Source: Botryllus schlosseri
Taxonomy: Eukaryota
DNA length: 64,000 nucleotides
Direction: 5' to 3'
Assembly: GCA_051294905.1 (NCBI GenBank)
Contig: CM119371.1
Span: 8,062,001-8,126,000 of the forward strand
The position numbers and the translations under genes were made by a program. The notes below the pieces were generated by a model that saw nothing but the letters and a program-made list of their open reading frames with translations, did no database searches and was not told the origin of the DNA. This document shows, piece after piece, positions 51,549 through 63,800 of the stretch; the stretch's first letter is position 1; each line of letters starts with the position of its first letter.

Positions 51549-53814
51549 GTTGCGAGTGAATATTGTATTTTGGGTTCGCCCTTCAAGGCTCGAAGGAAAT
51601 CACTGCACGATACGCCCGGAAAAAGCATCGAACACCTTGAGAACAACGAGAGTGCGATATCTGTGATTTTTCTACTGCAGTGATTTTAGTAACATTATTC
51701 AATGACACTATATACGCTGAATTAAAAATAATGAAGCTCTGCACCCCCAAGAAGCACTTCGAATACAAAAGTGATAAATTTATACATATTCTTTTTGTGT
51801 AATAAATTCCGGTTGGCTGGTGCGAATGGAAGTAAAAAAGAGTGCGAATAGAGCTCAAAAAGGTTGAAAAGCATTGCTCCAGCATATTCTTCGGCGGTCA
51901 CCGCTGCTTCTATTTAGTCAACTCTAAACTAAGGATGGATGATAGCTGTTTGTCGTTTAGTATTCATGGTGTTTCGTAGTTAATAAACAACAGGCCAATT
52001 ACATCCTCGTACGAGGCATTAGCTGCCCAGATATGGCAACCCTACTTTGATTGTAGGACTTTCAGTAATCAGTAGTAATCATCCGTATTTTAGTAATTAC
52101 TCCACCGTATCGACTGTCTATATATTGTCAAGCATCAACCATCTCGACACTCCTGATTTTGAAGTACGGAAGTTTTCAGTTGGTAGGTCTGAGCTGCAAC
52201 TGTCGTCAACAGCTGACGCTCGTGTCAGCATGATGTTTTCTTGCAGATAAGATCATCAAGTTTATATTGATAAAGATGCTACCTCATGCCGGAGCGATAG
52301 GGAATGCAATCAGCTCCGAGAAGCAATCTCTTCCTCAGCCACAGCCAAATACGAGAGGAAGCAACGGTAAGATGCAGGCTATTGGTCTGCCGAAACAAGG
52401 CATGTTCTATTGCCATTCGCGGACGCTAGCTATAGTTAGATACATTTACTTGCATCATTTGGGTCGTATTTTTGCTTCATTTTCAAGTATTTTTCATTGA
52501 ATGATTTGCTGTGTGCTCATCGTAACATGTGTTCTGTTAGTGGGATAGGTATCCTTCTTTTATCATAATTGAGTGATTATAATAGGGCTGTGAGGAGGTA
52601 ATTGTGGTGGTCAAAGATGTTGCAATGACAATCGCAGCGATCCACGCTTGCCAAACATCGTAACAACTTAATCGAAAAAATCTTATATCGATCTTTCAAA
52701 GGCCTTCACGTAGTATAGTGCTTACACATCGCATAGTGTGCACAGAATGTCCATCACCCGCTCGCCACACCATCGACGATGAGGTGATAAACGAATCGCA
52801 TCTTGTCCTTTCAGCCAACGTGACGCTCAAACCGAAAAGTAGTCAAAAAGACGCGGAAGGTGTACGCCTTGCCTCTGAATCTGGGATGGACTATGATCCT
52901 GTATCGTCTGATGAAACCTACGCAGTTTTGACCGTACCAAATGAGGAATCCGGTAACGCCAGAGTTTATTTGTTGTGAAGCTGCTGCTGTTTACCCGAAG
53001 CCCTGTAAATCTGCTGCTTGGTGCTCACCAGCAAGTCCGTAAATGTGGTCAATATCGACTGTTGCCGATGGGTTTTGTATACGCTTACCGATAAAAGCCT
53101 CTCTGAGCAATCTTCAACGTTGGCGGTGGTTGCCCCACGGTTGGGGGTGAGGGGCTATAAGTATATAAGGGTAGCTTCTTGGGGGGCTATTTCAGAATAA
53201 CCGGCATACCCCCCTTTCGCATCTATTATCACCCAACTTAATATTAGTGCGCCATATAAAACTGGATTACGTGATGTGAATATGACACTTCAACACGGCT
53301 TTTAAGCTGGTTGGAAATCTTTAAGTGCAGTAGCTCCAGCTGGGCCTTCTTTTATCACACATTGTCAAATTTGAAAAGAAGTGACCCCGTTAACTACAGC
53401 TCACACGTCTTCATGTTGAAGATGTATGGCATGTAGCGTGAAATAATAGATTAGCGATACTACTACTGCAGGCTAAATAGAACACGCTAATCTGAAAAGC
53501 TATCGCCTGACATTAGTAAGACGTCGGCACACCCCGTCAAGGTATACTTGTATATCCTATTCAAGTGTATATCGAAGCTCTGTACATTGAGGAAAAACTG
53601 TTCACAATAATTCGTAATTCAGATTTTGTGACGGTTGGATTAAATGTAGCGCGAAATTGAACGGTGACCTCAGAATTGGAGTCAATGCCTTTCTCCATAG
53701 GCAACGAAGTTGTTGATCGTGAAATAAACAATTGTCGCGATGCAAGCAACTTGGATCCCCCGTGTGTTCAATATAAAAGACTTATTGGATACGCGCTTTC
53801 TCGTTCTGTTATAT

Positions 53815-54674
53815 CAGTGGTTCTCAACCTTTTTGTTTTCGCGAACCCTTTTCGGACCGTCACGGACCGTTTCACCTTTCAGTTCAAATTTAGCTCAATT
53901 ATGGTGCAATCGTCATCTGTCTTACGCAAATATTAACTCTAGGCTAGTGATGAACAGCAAGAAAACTAATTTTCTTGAAATTAACATGTTATTTATGCAG
54001 GAATAGGGTAGACTTCTAATACTTCAATGAATCCTGATAATGTATTTCTTTTAAAAATACGTGGCCATGTCTTGAAAATTCGTGCCTTTAATTTGATACG
54101 AACGAGTGCCCTAAATCCCTTTCCTCAATGATAGGTGGTGGTCAAAATCGATAATAACGCACAACCCCCTCCGACGACACATTTGGGTATGATCGCCACA
54201 AAATATGGCACCAAAATTAGGCAAGAGATTTTCTTATGTTCATTGAACATATATTGCCCAGCCTGGTCATGTTTTATCTAGCAGCTCATCTTGATTTTAT
54301 TATGGAAAAGTTGTTATGTGTATTACAAAAAAAAAACATTTCGATGTCATCGTCATTGACCTTACTACTCAAACTTTTAATTTTCCACAATCCTCAACAA
54401 AACATCTGTTATGTTAGTATCAGTAGGCTATTGGCAATTTAGCAATTGGAGTGAGTTTGCACAGTAGGGTATTTAATGTCAGACGGTCATTCTGTTGATG
54501 CGAGTTCTGTAGTTTTACCAGTAATGAAGCAAAACTGCCTCGTTCTTTCCTGATTAAAAATACAATTATACAAATTAAGTCTTCAACCATTTTGTAAATT
54601 TCGAGGTTTCGCGGACCACCCGAATTTGCTTCGCAGGCCCCTATGGGTTAGCGTGCTCGGGTTGAGAACCACTT
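53815..54674. mobile_element. hAT-like MITE inside putative exon 3 of paralog C
   Basis: CAGTGGTTCTCAACC...GGTTGAGAACCACTT; perfect TSD tgttatat; colinear with 47775-49169. Confidence 0.92.
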
Positions 54675-56135
54675 TGTTATATGCAGCAATTCCCGTCTGC
54701 TTGGTACACTAGCATTCGTGGGTTATCGCGCAATTTCACTTTCCGGCATCTAGTTTTAACTCGTTACTGACACATCGCATTGATCGTTAAACCGCATTGA
54801 TCGTTAAACAATCTCATTCGCGCGGTCAAATGGATCTGATTGTGGGTCGCACAGTGAAACTTGGATGAAAATGTTTGGACGCATTGCCCTATATCACGAT
54901 AACGGAGTTTTGTATTTTTTAAATCCCTCGTACTCGTAACGTCATTGTCATTTGCCTAATTCGTGAAGATGTACCCAGCAATGTTGAAACTATAACCCGC
55001 GTCCTAAACTACTGGGCGCCTTCTTAGACGTTTATTTTCCACTACATGGGTAGTTAGTCTTGTTAGTCTCATACCTGGTAGGTTTACCCACACGCGTAGA
55101 TTCCGTGAAAGACCAATTTGGTCGAGACTATAGCAATAGCAAGTGCATGCTTGACCTGAAAGAATAATGGGCGTATTATGAATCACTCAATCTGGCCGGA
55201 TAAAATACTGATCGCTTGTTGCATTGGTATAAACTCGTGTGCGAGACTCATACCACGCAGCGACTGAAAACGGATTCGGTGTCTTCGTCACGGTTAGTCG
55301 ATCCCTGCACGAAATGGTAAGGTTTGTAATAGAGATTCACTGGATCGTGCTCCTCAAGTCGCTTTCGGGATTCAACGTATGTCATGATACTTGCTAAATG
55401 TGCTATATGTCTATCCTTGCAGAAGAATTGTCTCGCGTAGGCCTTCACAATGAGGCTACGAGCCATTCCGAATTCAAAGAGCTCGTTAGAGCTGAATTAA
55501 AGAAGGCCGTATATTTAACTTCTGAGGATATGAGTGTCGCTGCTCCGATTAGTGAACAAGGTAAGTTTGTATTCGATTAGCGTCCGGTGGTATTATTCAG
55601 TGCTGTTCCAGCGCCTCCCATTATATTCTGGACATTTCTAGTTACCCTAACTGCCCAAAGGTTCCTCGCAAATTAAAGCATCTGATAGTTGTGCGCTGCT
55701 TCGAAGTCGGGAGACGCTCGCTATTTTACGCTTTTTGTGTCCAGTAAAAGCTTGGGAATGAGCGGTGATCTTTCAGGTCTGGTTAGAGTTGAGTGTAAAT
55801 TTTGAGGACTCAAGAATGATGCTGATTAAAAGGTCTAAAGTTGGGGTTGTATCTACCTGTTTCACTTATATGGGTTTTTTGTATGCTGCGTCTACACTTT
55901 TATCAACAGTATTTTGATGGCTTATTATCAATTCCTGCCTAATTAATAGAAAAGTGAAACGTAGTTAGTCAATTCAGTTTCAATCTCGCACACTCGCACA
56001 GTCAATTCAGTTTCAATCTCGCACACTCGCACAGAGGATTTTAAAATTCCCTTCGGTGATGTCGAGGCGCATGTGAAAGAGAAGCCCTTCGGATGTAAAC
56101 CACAGGCGCAAGTGGGACAACAGCACACAAAAAAC

Positions 56136-56722
56136 CAGGGTTGTAATGACTCGAGTCTTGACTCGACTCGAGTCACGATTTTCTGATGACTCGACTTGAC
56201 TCGAGTCATTTTCTCAAAATACGGAAATGACTCGACTCGACTCGGGTTGATCTGTGTATTGACTCGACTTGAACTCGAGTCATTGCGCATGACTCGAGCC
56301 AAGTCATATGACTCGAGACTCAGACGGCCAAGACCGACATTCCATTGTAATTTCGAAGAAAAATGAAGTAAACACATTATTGGGATTTCATCTAATGGTG
56401 CTGGTAGTTGAAAATGCTATCAGAAACTGCTAAAAGTGAGGAAAATTTGTATATTATAAATCCGAACCATTCGATATCAGCAAACGGAGAGTTTTAAAAA
56501 GTGGGTTGAACAAGACTTAACGGGAAAATGAGCAGTCAACACAATGACTTGGACTCGGACTCGAGTCATAATACCATGACTCGGACTCGACCCTCTATTC
56601 GCTGACTTGGACTCGGACTTGACTCGGTGGTGAATTGAAAATGACTCGACTTTACTCGAGTCAAAACTATAAAAGTGAGAATGACTTGTGGCTCGGAGCC
56701 TTGTGACTTGGTTACAACCCTG
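56136..56722. mobile_element. MITE family B inside exon 5 of paralog C
   Basis: CAGGGTTGTAA...TTACAACCCTG; perfect TSD caaaaaac. Confidence 0.94.
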
Positions 56723-57264
56723 CAAAAAACAACCTTGTAAACGCGCAGGACGTCCACGTGAAACCTATTATTGAACATGACGATGGTAAGTATGTAATAG
56801 ACGGCTAATGTGGTCGAATTGCGACATTTACCGAATACTCCGTCTTTCCCTACTTACACGAATTGTTTTGAACACTACTTCCGGTTTTTTGGACGTTGGT
56901 GATTTTGCATTAGTCGCGAAGACACATTCTGCTTCTTCGAAAGCACTTACCAACCACTCAAGCAAGCGAACAGAATTTATAAAAGTGTGCGACCCCTTGC
57001 CCTAATCTTGAAACTACTTCGAGTAATTTTTCAAACCGCCGGGTTTTACTTTCACTCCAAAGTTATCTTGACACTTTGTGGAAATAGATGCTCCTGCTAA
57101 GGCTGTAAATTAACGGCGTTACTTCGGATTACAAATAAGGTGTACTACTTGTTCACCTTTTCACTTTAGGTAAGTTGAGCAAACATGGTCTCAAGACGAT
57201 ATCCTCCGGATATTACGATGAAGTAGACCAGTGTTTCATGACCATTGTTTTGACTTCATTTGGG

Positions 57265-57793
57265 CGGTTGTGTAAGGTTCCGAGTCACCAAGTCATCACT
57301 CTTTTATAGTTTGAACTCCAGCCAAGTCGAGCCATTTTCAATTCACAACCGAGTCCAAATTAAAGTCGGCGAGCAAAGGGTCGAGTACAGAGTTGTAGTG
57401 TTATGACCAGTGTTATGACTAGAGTTAGAGTCATTGACTATAAGAGTCATTGTGTTGGACCAGTTTCAAGTTGTTGAAGTCTTGTTAAATCCACTTTTTT
57501 CAACTCTACTCGGTGATGTCGAAACTTTAAGCAGTTTCTCGTGGCATTTTCAAAGTACCAGTAATAATAAACGAAATTTCAATAGTGTGGTTACTTCACT
57601 GTTCTTCCATATTGTAATGAAATGTCGATCTTGGCCGGCCGAGTCTTATATGACTTGGTAGGAGTCGTGCGCAATGACTCGAACAAAAACGAGTCGATAC
57701 ACAGATTTGCTAAAGTCGAGTCCAGTCATTCTTATTATTTTGAGAAAAGACTCTAGCCACCAAATATATCACGACACTACTCATTCAACCCTG
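57265..57793. mobile_element. Old inverted copy of MITE family B
   Basis: Reverse-complement homology to 56136-56722; ends CAACCCTG; left boundary approximate. Confidence 0.65.
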
Positions 57794-59514
57794 GTAGAGG
57801 GGTAGAACCCTAAACGTGAAATGTGGGAAGCTAACGAATAATACGGGAGTCACCTAAAATCTGGTTTTGTCGCTTAGAATGGTACATCATGAGGTATTTC
57901 TTTTTAATCCGTGATGTAATTAAAATTTTGAAATTCAGTGATTCTAATGTAATTTAGGAATAAATATGTAGGCCTATCTTTAATTCTGAATTTGAAAAAC
58001 CTAACTTCTGTTGTCACACTGTATCATGGAGGTCTTGAAACTTGTCGATGGAAACCAGGTTGAGAACTCCTGTAGTAGTTCTTTACACAACCCATCTTGG
58101 TGTTGGTGGATTGTGGGAATGTGTTCATTTCCCCGTCAACTTGCGATTCCCAGTTTTAGACAAAGATGAGCCTGAACCCGATCCGGACGTTCTTTACGGT
58201 GACGACGACGACGATGATGACGACGAGGACGAATGCCCGTCAGTTTTTAATAGACAATGCATACTGGTAACCGAAATTAACATCAAGAAAATTGCAAGGA
58301 TTGAGGGGCCTCGTCCCGAAAGTGGTTGATCGCAAATGTAACGCAACGCACGATGGGACAGCTTAATGCCGCTTTTAGTTGGTAATCTGAAATTTGCATG
58401 TGCCCCCTAATGAACGAACAAGTGCTGGTCGTGTAATGCTTCGCAGGCTCGTGTATGGATGGATACTGGGTTAGGGTGATGCGTTAGACCAGTGGTTCCC
58501 AATTGTTTTTCGCTTGTGCCACACCAGGACAATTATCAAACACTCGCGGCAGACTTACAAGAAAGTTGCTTTTTTATATTTAAATTTATACAAACATATG
58601 TACGACAGAAAAGAGGTTGCATTGTTGACGGACATACACGCATTTCATCTTTTCCAAGTAATCTACACGCATTTCATCATTTCCAAGTAATCTTTCTCGT
58701 GTACAAATGTGTACAGCAGGCAAAACCAAAATGTTTTTGCCTGATTGATTTTGTACCTGTAAAGTAAAAGGTCTGCAGGGACATAACTAAAACTGATTAA
58801 TTTCTGAGGAAACGGTTATGCAAACAAACAGTGTTAAGTAACTCGAGATTGCTTGATTTGTTGCTTGGAGATAGATTATGGACTTTGTTGCTTGGAGATA
58901 GACTATGGACTAACGATGAATCCCGAAAAGTGATAAAATATTTTCCAAAAAGATTCGTGGCACACCTGAGAATCTGTAGCGGCACACACTTTCGGAATCG
59001 ATGCGTTGGTCGCTTACCTGCAGATATGTACATGTTGGGACCAAATCGCTGTCGAGTCGAGCGTCATGTCGAGTAAATTGATTTTCCAAGTCGATCGATT
59101 TTCGGAGGTGAATCGAGTCGAGCCAAGTCGAGTCACAATTCAAGTCTATTCATAGTTTCAAAGTGAGAAGCAGGATTCAAAGTCGTTGCCTTTTGCTAGC
59201 TGTTTAGAGTATATTAATTTGTTTCTGAGTGAAGGAACGGATAGACATCTAAATATACATGCAAAGGGTGCGTGTTATCTCGCTCATGCATGTACGGAAC
59301 TGCAAATAAAATACATGATTATCTGTTCGACTTTAGTCTAATTATCAGGCAAAGTAATGGATTCAATACGAAGCCTCGAGGCTGCGTATCGTTCTGTGGA
59401 TTACCATGGTGAATACATTTGCTGAACCAGATTGACAAATGCGGGTTGTCGGCGGACCCGTTTCATATACTATCTATCAATATATATTTATTGTATAGAG
59501 GTAACAAATGTCTG

Positions 59515-59596
59515 AATAATATTCAATTATCAAGGACATTGATGTGAAAGACAACATTGTCTTTCACATCAATGTCCTTGATAATTGAATATTATT
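59515..59596. repeat. Perfect inverted repeat, 40-bp arms, 2-nt loop
   Basis: AATAATATTCAATTATCAAGGACATTGATGTGAAAGACAA-CA-exact reverse complement. Confidence 0.97.
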
Positions 59597-62042
59597 TATT
59601 CTTCGTCGCAATATAGGCCTACCAAATTGGTGGTCAAACTAGCCAAAACGGCTACTCAAGTAGAATTAGGGAGGCAGAATTCTACCCAAGTACGAATATC
59701 AAGTATTGCTTGTCGAGCAGAAAACTACCTCAATTAGAAGTAGAATTTGATGTTTTATAAAAAGCACTCATAAATACGCTCTCGTGGACAGTCAAAACCT
59801 GGAAACTTATAAATATATTGGGGGTTGCAGAAAGATGAGTTAACGGTTTCCGGTATTAAGAAGACAACTCAAAATACGACTGATCGTATAATTCCTACCA
59901 CTTTGCTGAGAACTGTTTACTGCCGTGGAACTTCCCCATATGAGGCCTGAATCTAACCGCATAAACCACGCAACCGCTGCACATTGACCAAGATTTCCTC
60001 GAAAACATATTGATCAGTCCACAGATATTTAGCGCGTAGTGACGAACTCTGGCAGAACAGTCCCTTAAATTACCTGTCTTGATCTCTCCCTCTTTCTCTC
60101 TGTCAATGTAGGTACCTAGCGTTGCCGCGAAAGAGGGGAGGAATCTTCCACGTATACACAATAGAGATATAATTGTTCTATCTAACACCCCAAGACGACG
60201 CGTTTGTCCCTACTTCGTTCGTTTTTTATTTCACGCTGACGAAAATCGGTTTTCTGAAATCATAAATGTACAACGAATTAATACAAATTGTTTGGTTATG
60301 GATCAATCAAGAGATACTAACTTGACGGTGTTGTATCCTTGAGGACAGTTACAAATTTTAAACAAGAATATTCATAATATATATATTTGAACCTATAAAA
60401 ACGGCGATGTAAATACGATTAAGTAAGATCGATATTCCAAATATTAGCCACTGATACATAGCAGGCAAGGGGTGCCAAACTGAACGACAGTCAAATATAT
60501 AACATCTACGTCACAAAGGTCACACAAGGTTTATTGAGCTGTAACGCTTATGGCTCTTGAAGTCGGGAATCGCGACTTCACCTAGTACTTTTACTTTGTC
60601 AAACAGTGAATAACAAAAAGTAAATAAGTGAGCTACACGATATAACGAAGAAGTATTTATGCTGAAGTAAGTACTGCAAGTGGATGAAAACTATTTGAGT
60701 ACTATGAAAAAGCAGTACTTCAATACTGACCGCCTCTGAGCGCCACTTGCTCACGTAGCGAATAAAAGAGCAATTGTCACATGTACCTTGTACGATGCTT
60801 TAGGAGCTATCAGTAGATTGTGAAGAGGTTGAACCTCAGTGAAATTGAAGTGACTCGTGTATTGCTAATTTGTACCCTAAATACACGTTACTATCGCAAT
60901 GTGGAATGACCATATCTTCATATGATTTACTTGAATTCTCTACTCGCAATTGCTTACAGCAGATATGTATAGGACTTGACCTGAAAATACACGTACGATT
61001 TCGCTCAGTCTCAAAAAAGACGCATTACAAACCTGTTGGATGCGATATCTCTTCATTATATTGTTTCTTCAGTATTCTGAAATTCATCATACATCAAAGG
61101 GCTTAGACAACGCGTTTGATTTCAGTGGCGAAAAATTAATGCAAGATCGTTTATTTGTCATTAAATGTAATACGACATTGAAAGCTGTGTAATGTGTATG
61201 AATCCGTTGGGGTTCATGTGAGTTCGCGGCATCTCTGCTAGTAGCCGCAACTATTCTTATATTCTGCGAATGTTTTTCCTGCCCATGGCGATTTGGATCA
61301 GATTTGGTAAAACGAGAACATTTTTTCATGCAATGGTGGTAATTCAATATTAGCGGCCAACGTCAGTTATCGAAACTAGATTCAGGTAGGCAGTGTGTTT
61401 AAAGAGAATTATGATTTATTTTGAATCTTGTAACATTATTTGAAAAAGTTTCGTGGTGAGAGCCGGCGGGAAAAACTTTACTGAATTTATGCCTAATCTG
61501 TGAAGTTGTAGTAACCTCCACGCATTTATCGTGAGAGGAGTTGGTAGTTGATCAAAAATGGACCCAATTTGGCATCATAGTCGTGAATGTAGCACAGTTA
61601 TGAAGGATTATACTCGTAGAATTTGAAGTAACATGGAGACGTGAGTCGGGGTGATGATTTCGCGATTTGGAATCGTTAGCCAATTGGGTGAAGGGTCGTA
61701 AGATAGCTTCTCCTAATTACTAGCAGTTATATGTTTGCAAGCAGTCAACTATCATAATGTAGATTGTTGTCAGAACTACCTCTCCGAACCCCAACCAGTA
61801 TGACGTGACCACCTCCAAGCAATAGCATAAGGTCACGAATCTTATCAGTCCAGCAGCGGTGCCTGTTCCATGTCATCCAAAATCTCGATCGTATATTCTA
61901 CAGTGTTTGTGTATCACCTCGATTAAATGCTAATAAAATGGAATGATCTCGTCGCCGAGATCAACTGTACTATCACCAGCATCGTCTTCACTGTACGGAG
62001 ACGCGTAGAAATAAGCATCTTTCTTGAATATGACGACAAGAC

Positions 62043-62115
62043 AGCCGCCAACCTGGATCGAACAAGATAGCTCCAGATCTTCAGACTGACTTTCGTCCGA
62101 ACGAGCAACTGTGGC
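62043..62115 (-). pseudogene. tRNA-Phe(GAA) pseudogene
   Basis: Reverse complement GCCACAGTTGCTCGTTCGGACGAAAGTCAGTCTGAAGATCTGGAGCTATCTTGTTCGATCCAGGTTGGCGGCT aligns without gaps to tRNA-Phe; CTGAAGATCTG retained. Confidence 0.75.
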
Positions 62116-62117
62116 GA

Positions 62118-62191
62118 TGGGAGTGACGCGGCTCGAAACAGCTGCATTCACGTTATTTACACGGCGTTCTGACCAACTGAGCTGACCGGGC
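62118..62191 (-). pseudogene. tRNA-Ile(AAT) pseudogene
   Basis: Reverse complement GCCCGGTCAGCTCAGTTGGTCAGAACGCCGTGTAAATAACGTGAATG...TTCGA aligns to tRNA-Ile; lies immediately upstream of the Phe relic. Confidence 0.75.
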
Positions 62192-62392
62192 GATTGCTCG
62201 TCATATTGAAGTGGACGAATACGTCCGGTAATTTATGATGAAACCGGTAAACCTAAATCATTGCGACCTGACCCTGTGACCCATAGACCCTGCGACTTTA
62301 TACACGGAGAGCATGCGCTTTTTGTCTATTACTCGATTCATCATTTACTATAGTGAACATCCATAACGTAGGATGATTCGGTCAATATGCTT

Positions 62393-62465
62393 AGTTCCGT
62401 GGCGTGGTGGTTAACACGTATGCTCCTTAGACAAATAGTCGTGGTTTCGATCAGTGGGGGAACTG
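62393..62465 (+). pseudogene. tRNA-derived relic (Val-like 5' half)
   Basis: AGTTCC...GGAACT acceptor-like pairing, A-box-like TGGCGTGGTGG, TTCGATC B-box-like; anticodon arm degenerate. Confidence 0.45.
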
Positions 62466-63742
62466 CTGGTGCCATTTTAGTAACTGCTCCATTGCAATAA
62501 ATGGTAATTTGGGATCATCCAATACTCGTATGACAACCAGAATATCTCATTTTTCAGTCAAGCATTATGTCCGTGGGTCGCTTCCGACTCGACAGGTGAT
62601 TTCATCTGTCTCGCCAAGCAGTTACGAGTAAATGGTATGGTGTTTGAATTATCAAGCACATTTCTAATAAAAGATGATATTTTTGAGAAACAATTTCGCG
62701 ATGAACTGACAAGAAAACAAAAGTGGAATAGGCATAGAAGACACATCATAACAATTCGCGGGCGAGGCTGCGTTTAACTCTGGTCATCGTTAGTAATAAA
62801 TCAGTGGCATCGACACCAAATTCCGAGAAGAAAAATAGTGCACAATCGGTAGAGAGTTTCCATGAGAAAATGAATCAAAATGTAGTTATGCGCAGAGGCG
62901 AAAAAGCTAATGCGAAACAGATTCATGTAAATTATAGTATGAAAGTTACACAAATAACATTGCAAATATTTTTGGTTGCGAGGCCGTATAATTTCCCCTG
63001 CATCCATAGAAACCTGAAGTATGATTTCTTGATTATTAATCAAATTTAAATGTGTGCGTTTATTGTTAAATGTCTTGTCTTCCAAGAGTCTTCTTTTGGG
63101 TACAGAACTGTAATATATATCATAATAATATATTCACTATATAAATATATTAAAACCCGGGCTCCGTCTTCGACATAACGCATTCACAGGGCGCATTCAA
63201 CGCCGCATTGCGACTACATAAATGAAGGGACCATGAATATGTGCCAACTTATATCATCAAAAACCGTTAGTGAGGGTCACTGTGTGAGCCACTTTAAGTG
63301 CATGCATCGTGCATGACCCATTCCATAATTTACGAATAAAAGTATTGCTAGAAGGATGCGTATTAATATGGATTAGTTATAGGCTTGATGATGAAATATT
63401 GCAGTGATAAAGCAAGATATGGATATGAATATAACATTTCGACATCATTTCACTGGTACGGCCCGCAGGCGATTCAAATCTTTGAATCCAGCCTGCGTCC
63501 CGAATTGACTTTTACGTCCTTGATTTAAAATAAAATAGATAGCCAGCGACGAATACAAATTATTACATCGATTTGTTTTACTGTTTTTCACTTCTTACAT
63601 TAAAAATACACTGCATCGCATGTAGAGTATAAAGGAAGATAAACAAATTGGTTGTTACTCTTTGCAATGCATTTCTAAAGTACGAATTCCATACCCCTTT
63701 ATGGTTGCTCGTACTGCGATGCTCATTATATAATGTTGAATA

Positions 63743-63800
63743 TCTGTTTGTTTGTCTATCTGTCTGTCTTTCTGTCCGCATGTATGTATGCCTGTCTATT
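63743..63800. repeat. Degenerate (TGTY)/(TGTA) tetranucleotide microsatellite
   Basis: tctgtttgtttgtctatctgtctgtct...tgtatgtatg. Confidence 0.8.

Larger units (their letters stand above)
52276..58329 (+). pseudogene. Diverged paralog C of the orphan family; lacks the TM helix; two exons interrupted by MITEs (pseudogene or exon-skipped gene)
   Basis: Exons 52276-52366, 52815-52952, 53701-[MITE]-54703, 55423-55560, 56035-[MITE]-56785, 58160-58329; all phase 1. ANVT...DAEGVRL...MD...PNEES aligns to A exon 2 and shares the donor GTAAYGCCAGA; ends ESG*; 64-nt upstream intron at 52183-52246. Exon 3 is the least certain (weak donor GTACAC, little protein similarity). Confidence 0.7.

Noticed and set aside
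53815..56722. Exonic MITEs acting as precisely spliced introner-type introns
   Set aside because: No frame-preserving GT-AG pair was found at the element ends.
63134..63200. Possible Helitron-like 5' end (TCACTATATAAATATATTAAAACCC)
   Set aside because: No matching 3' hairpin and CTRR end was identified with confidence.
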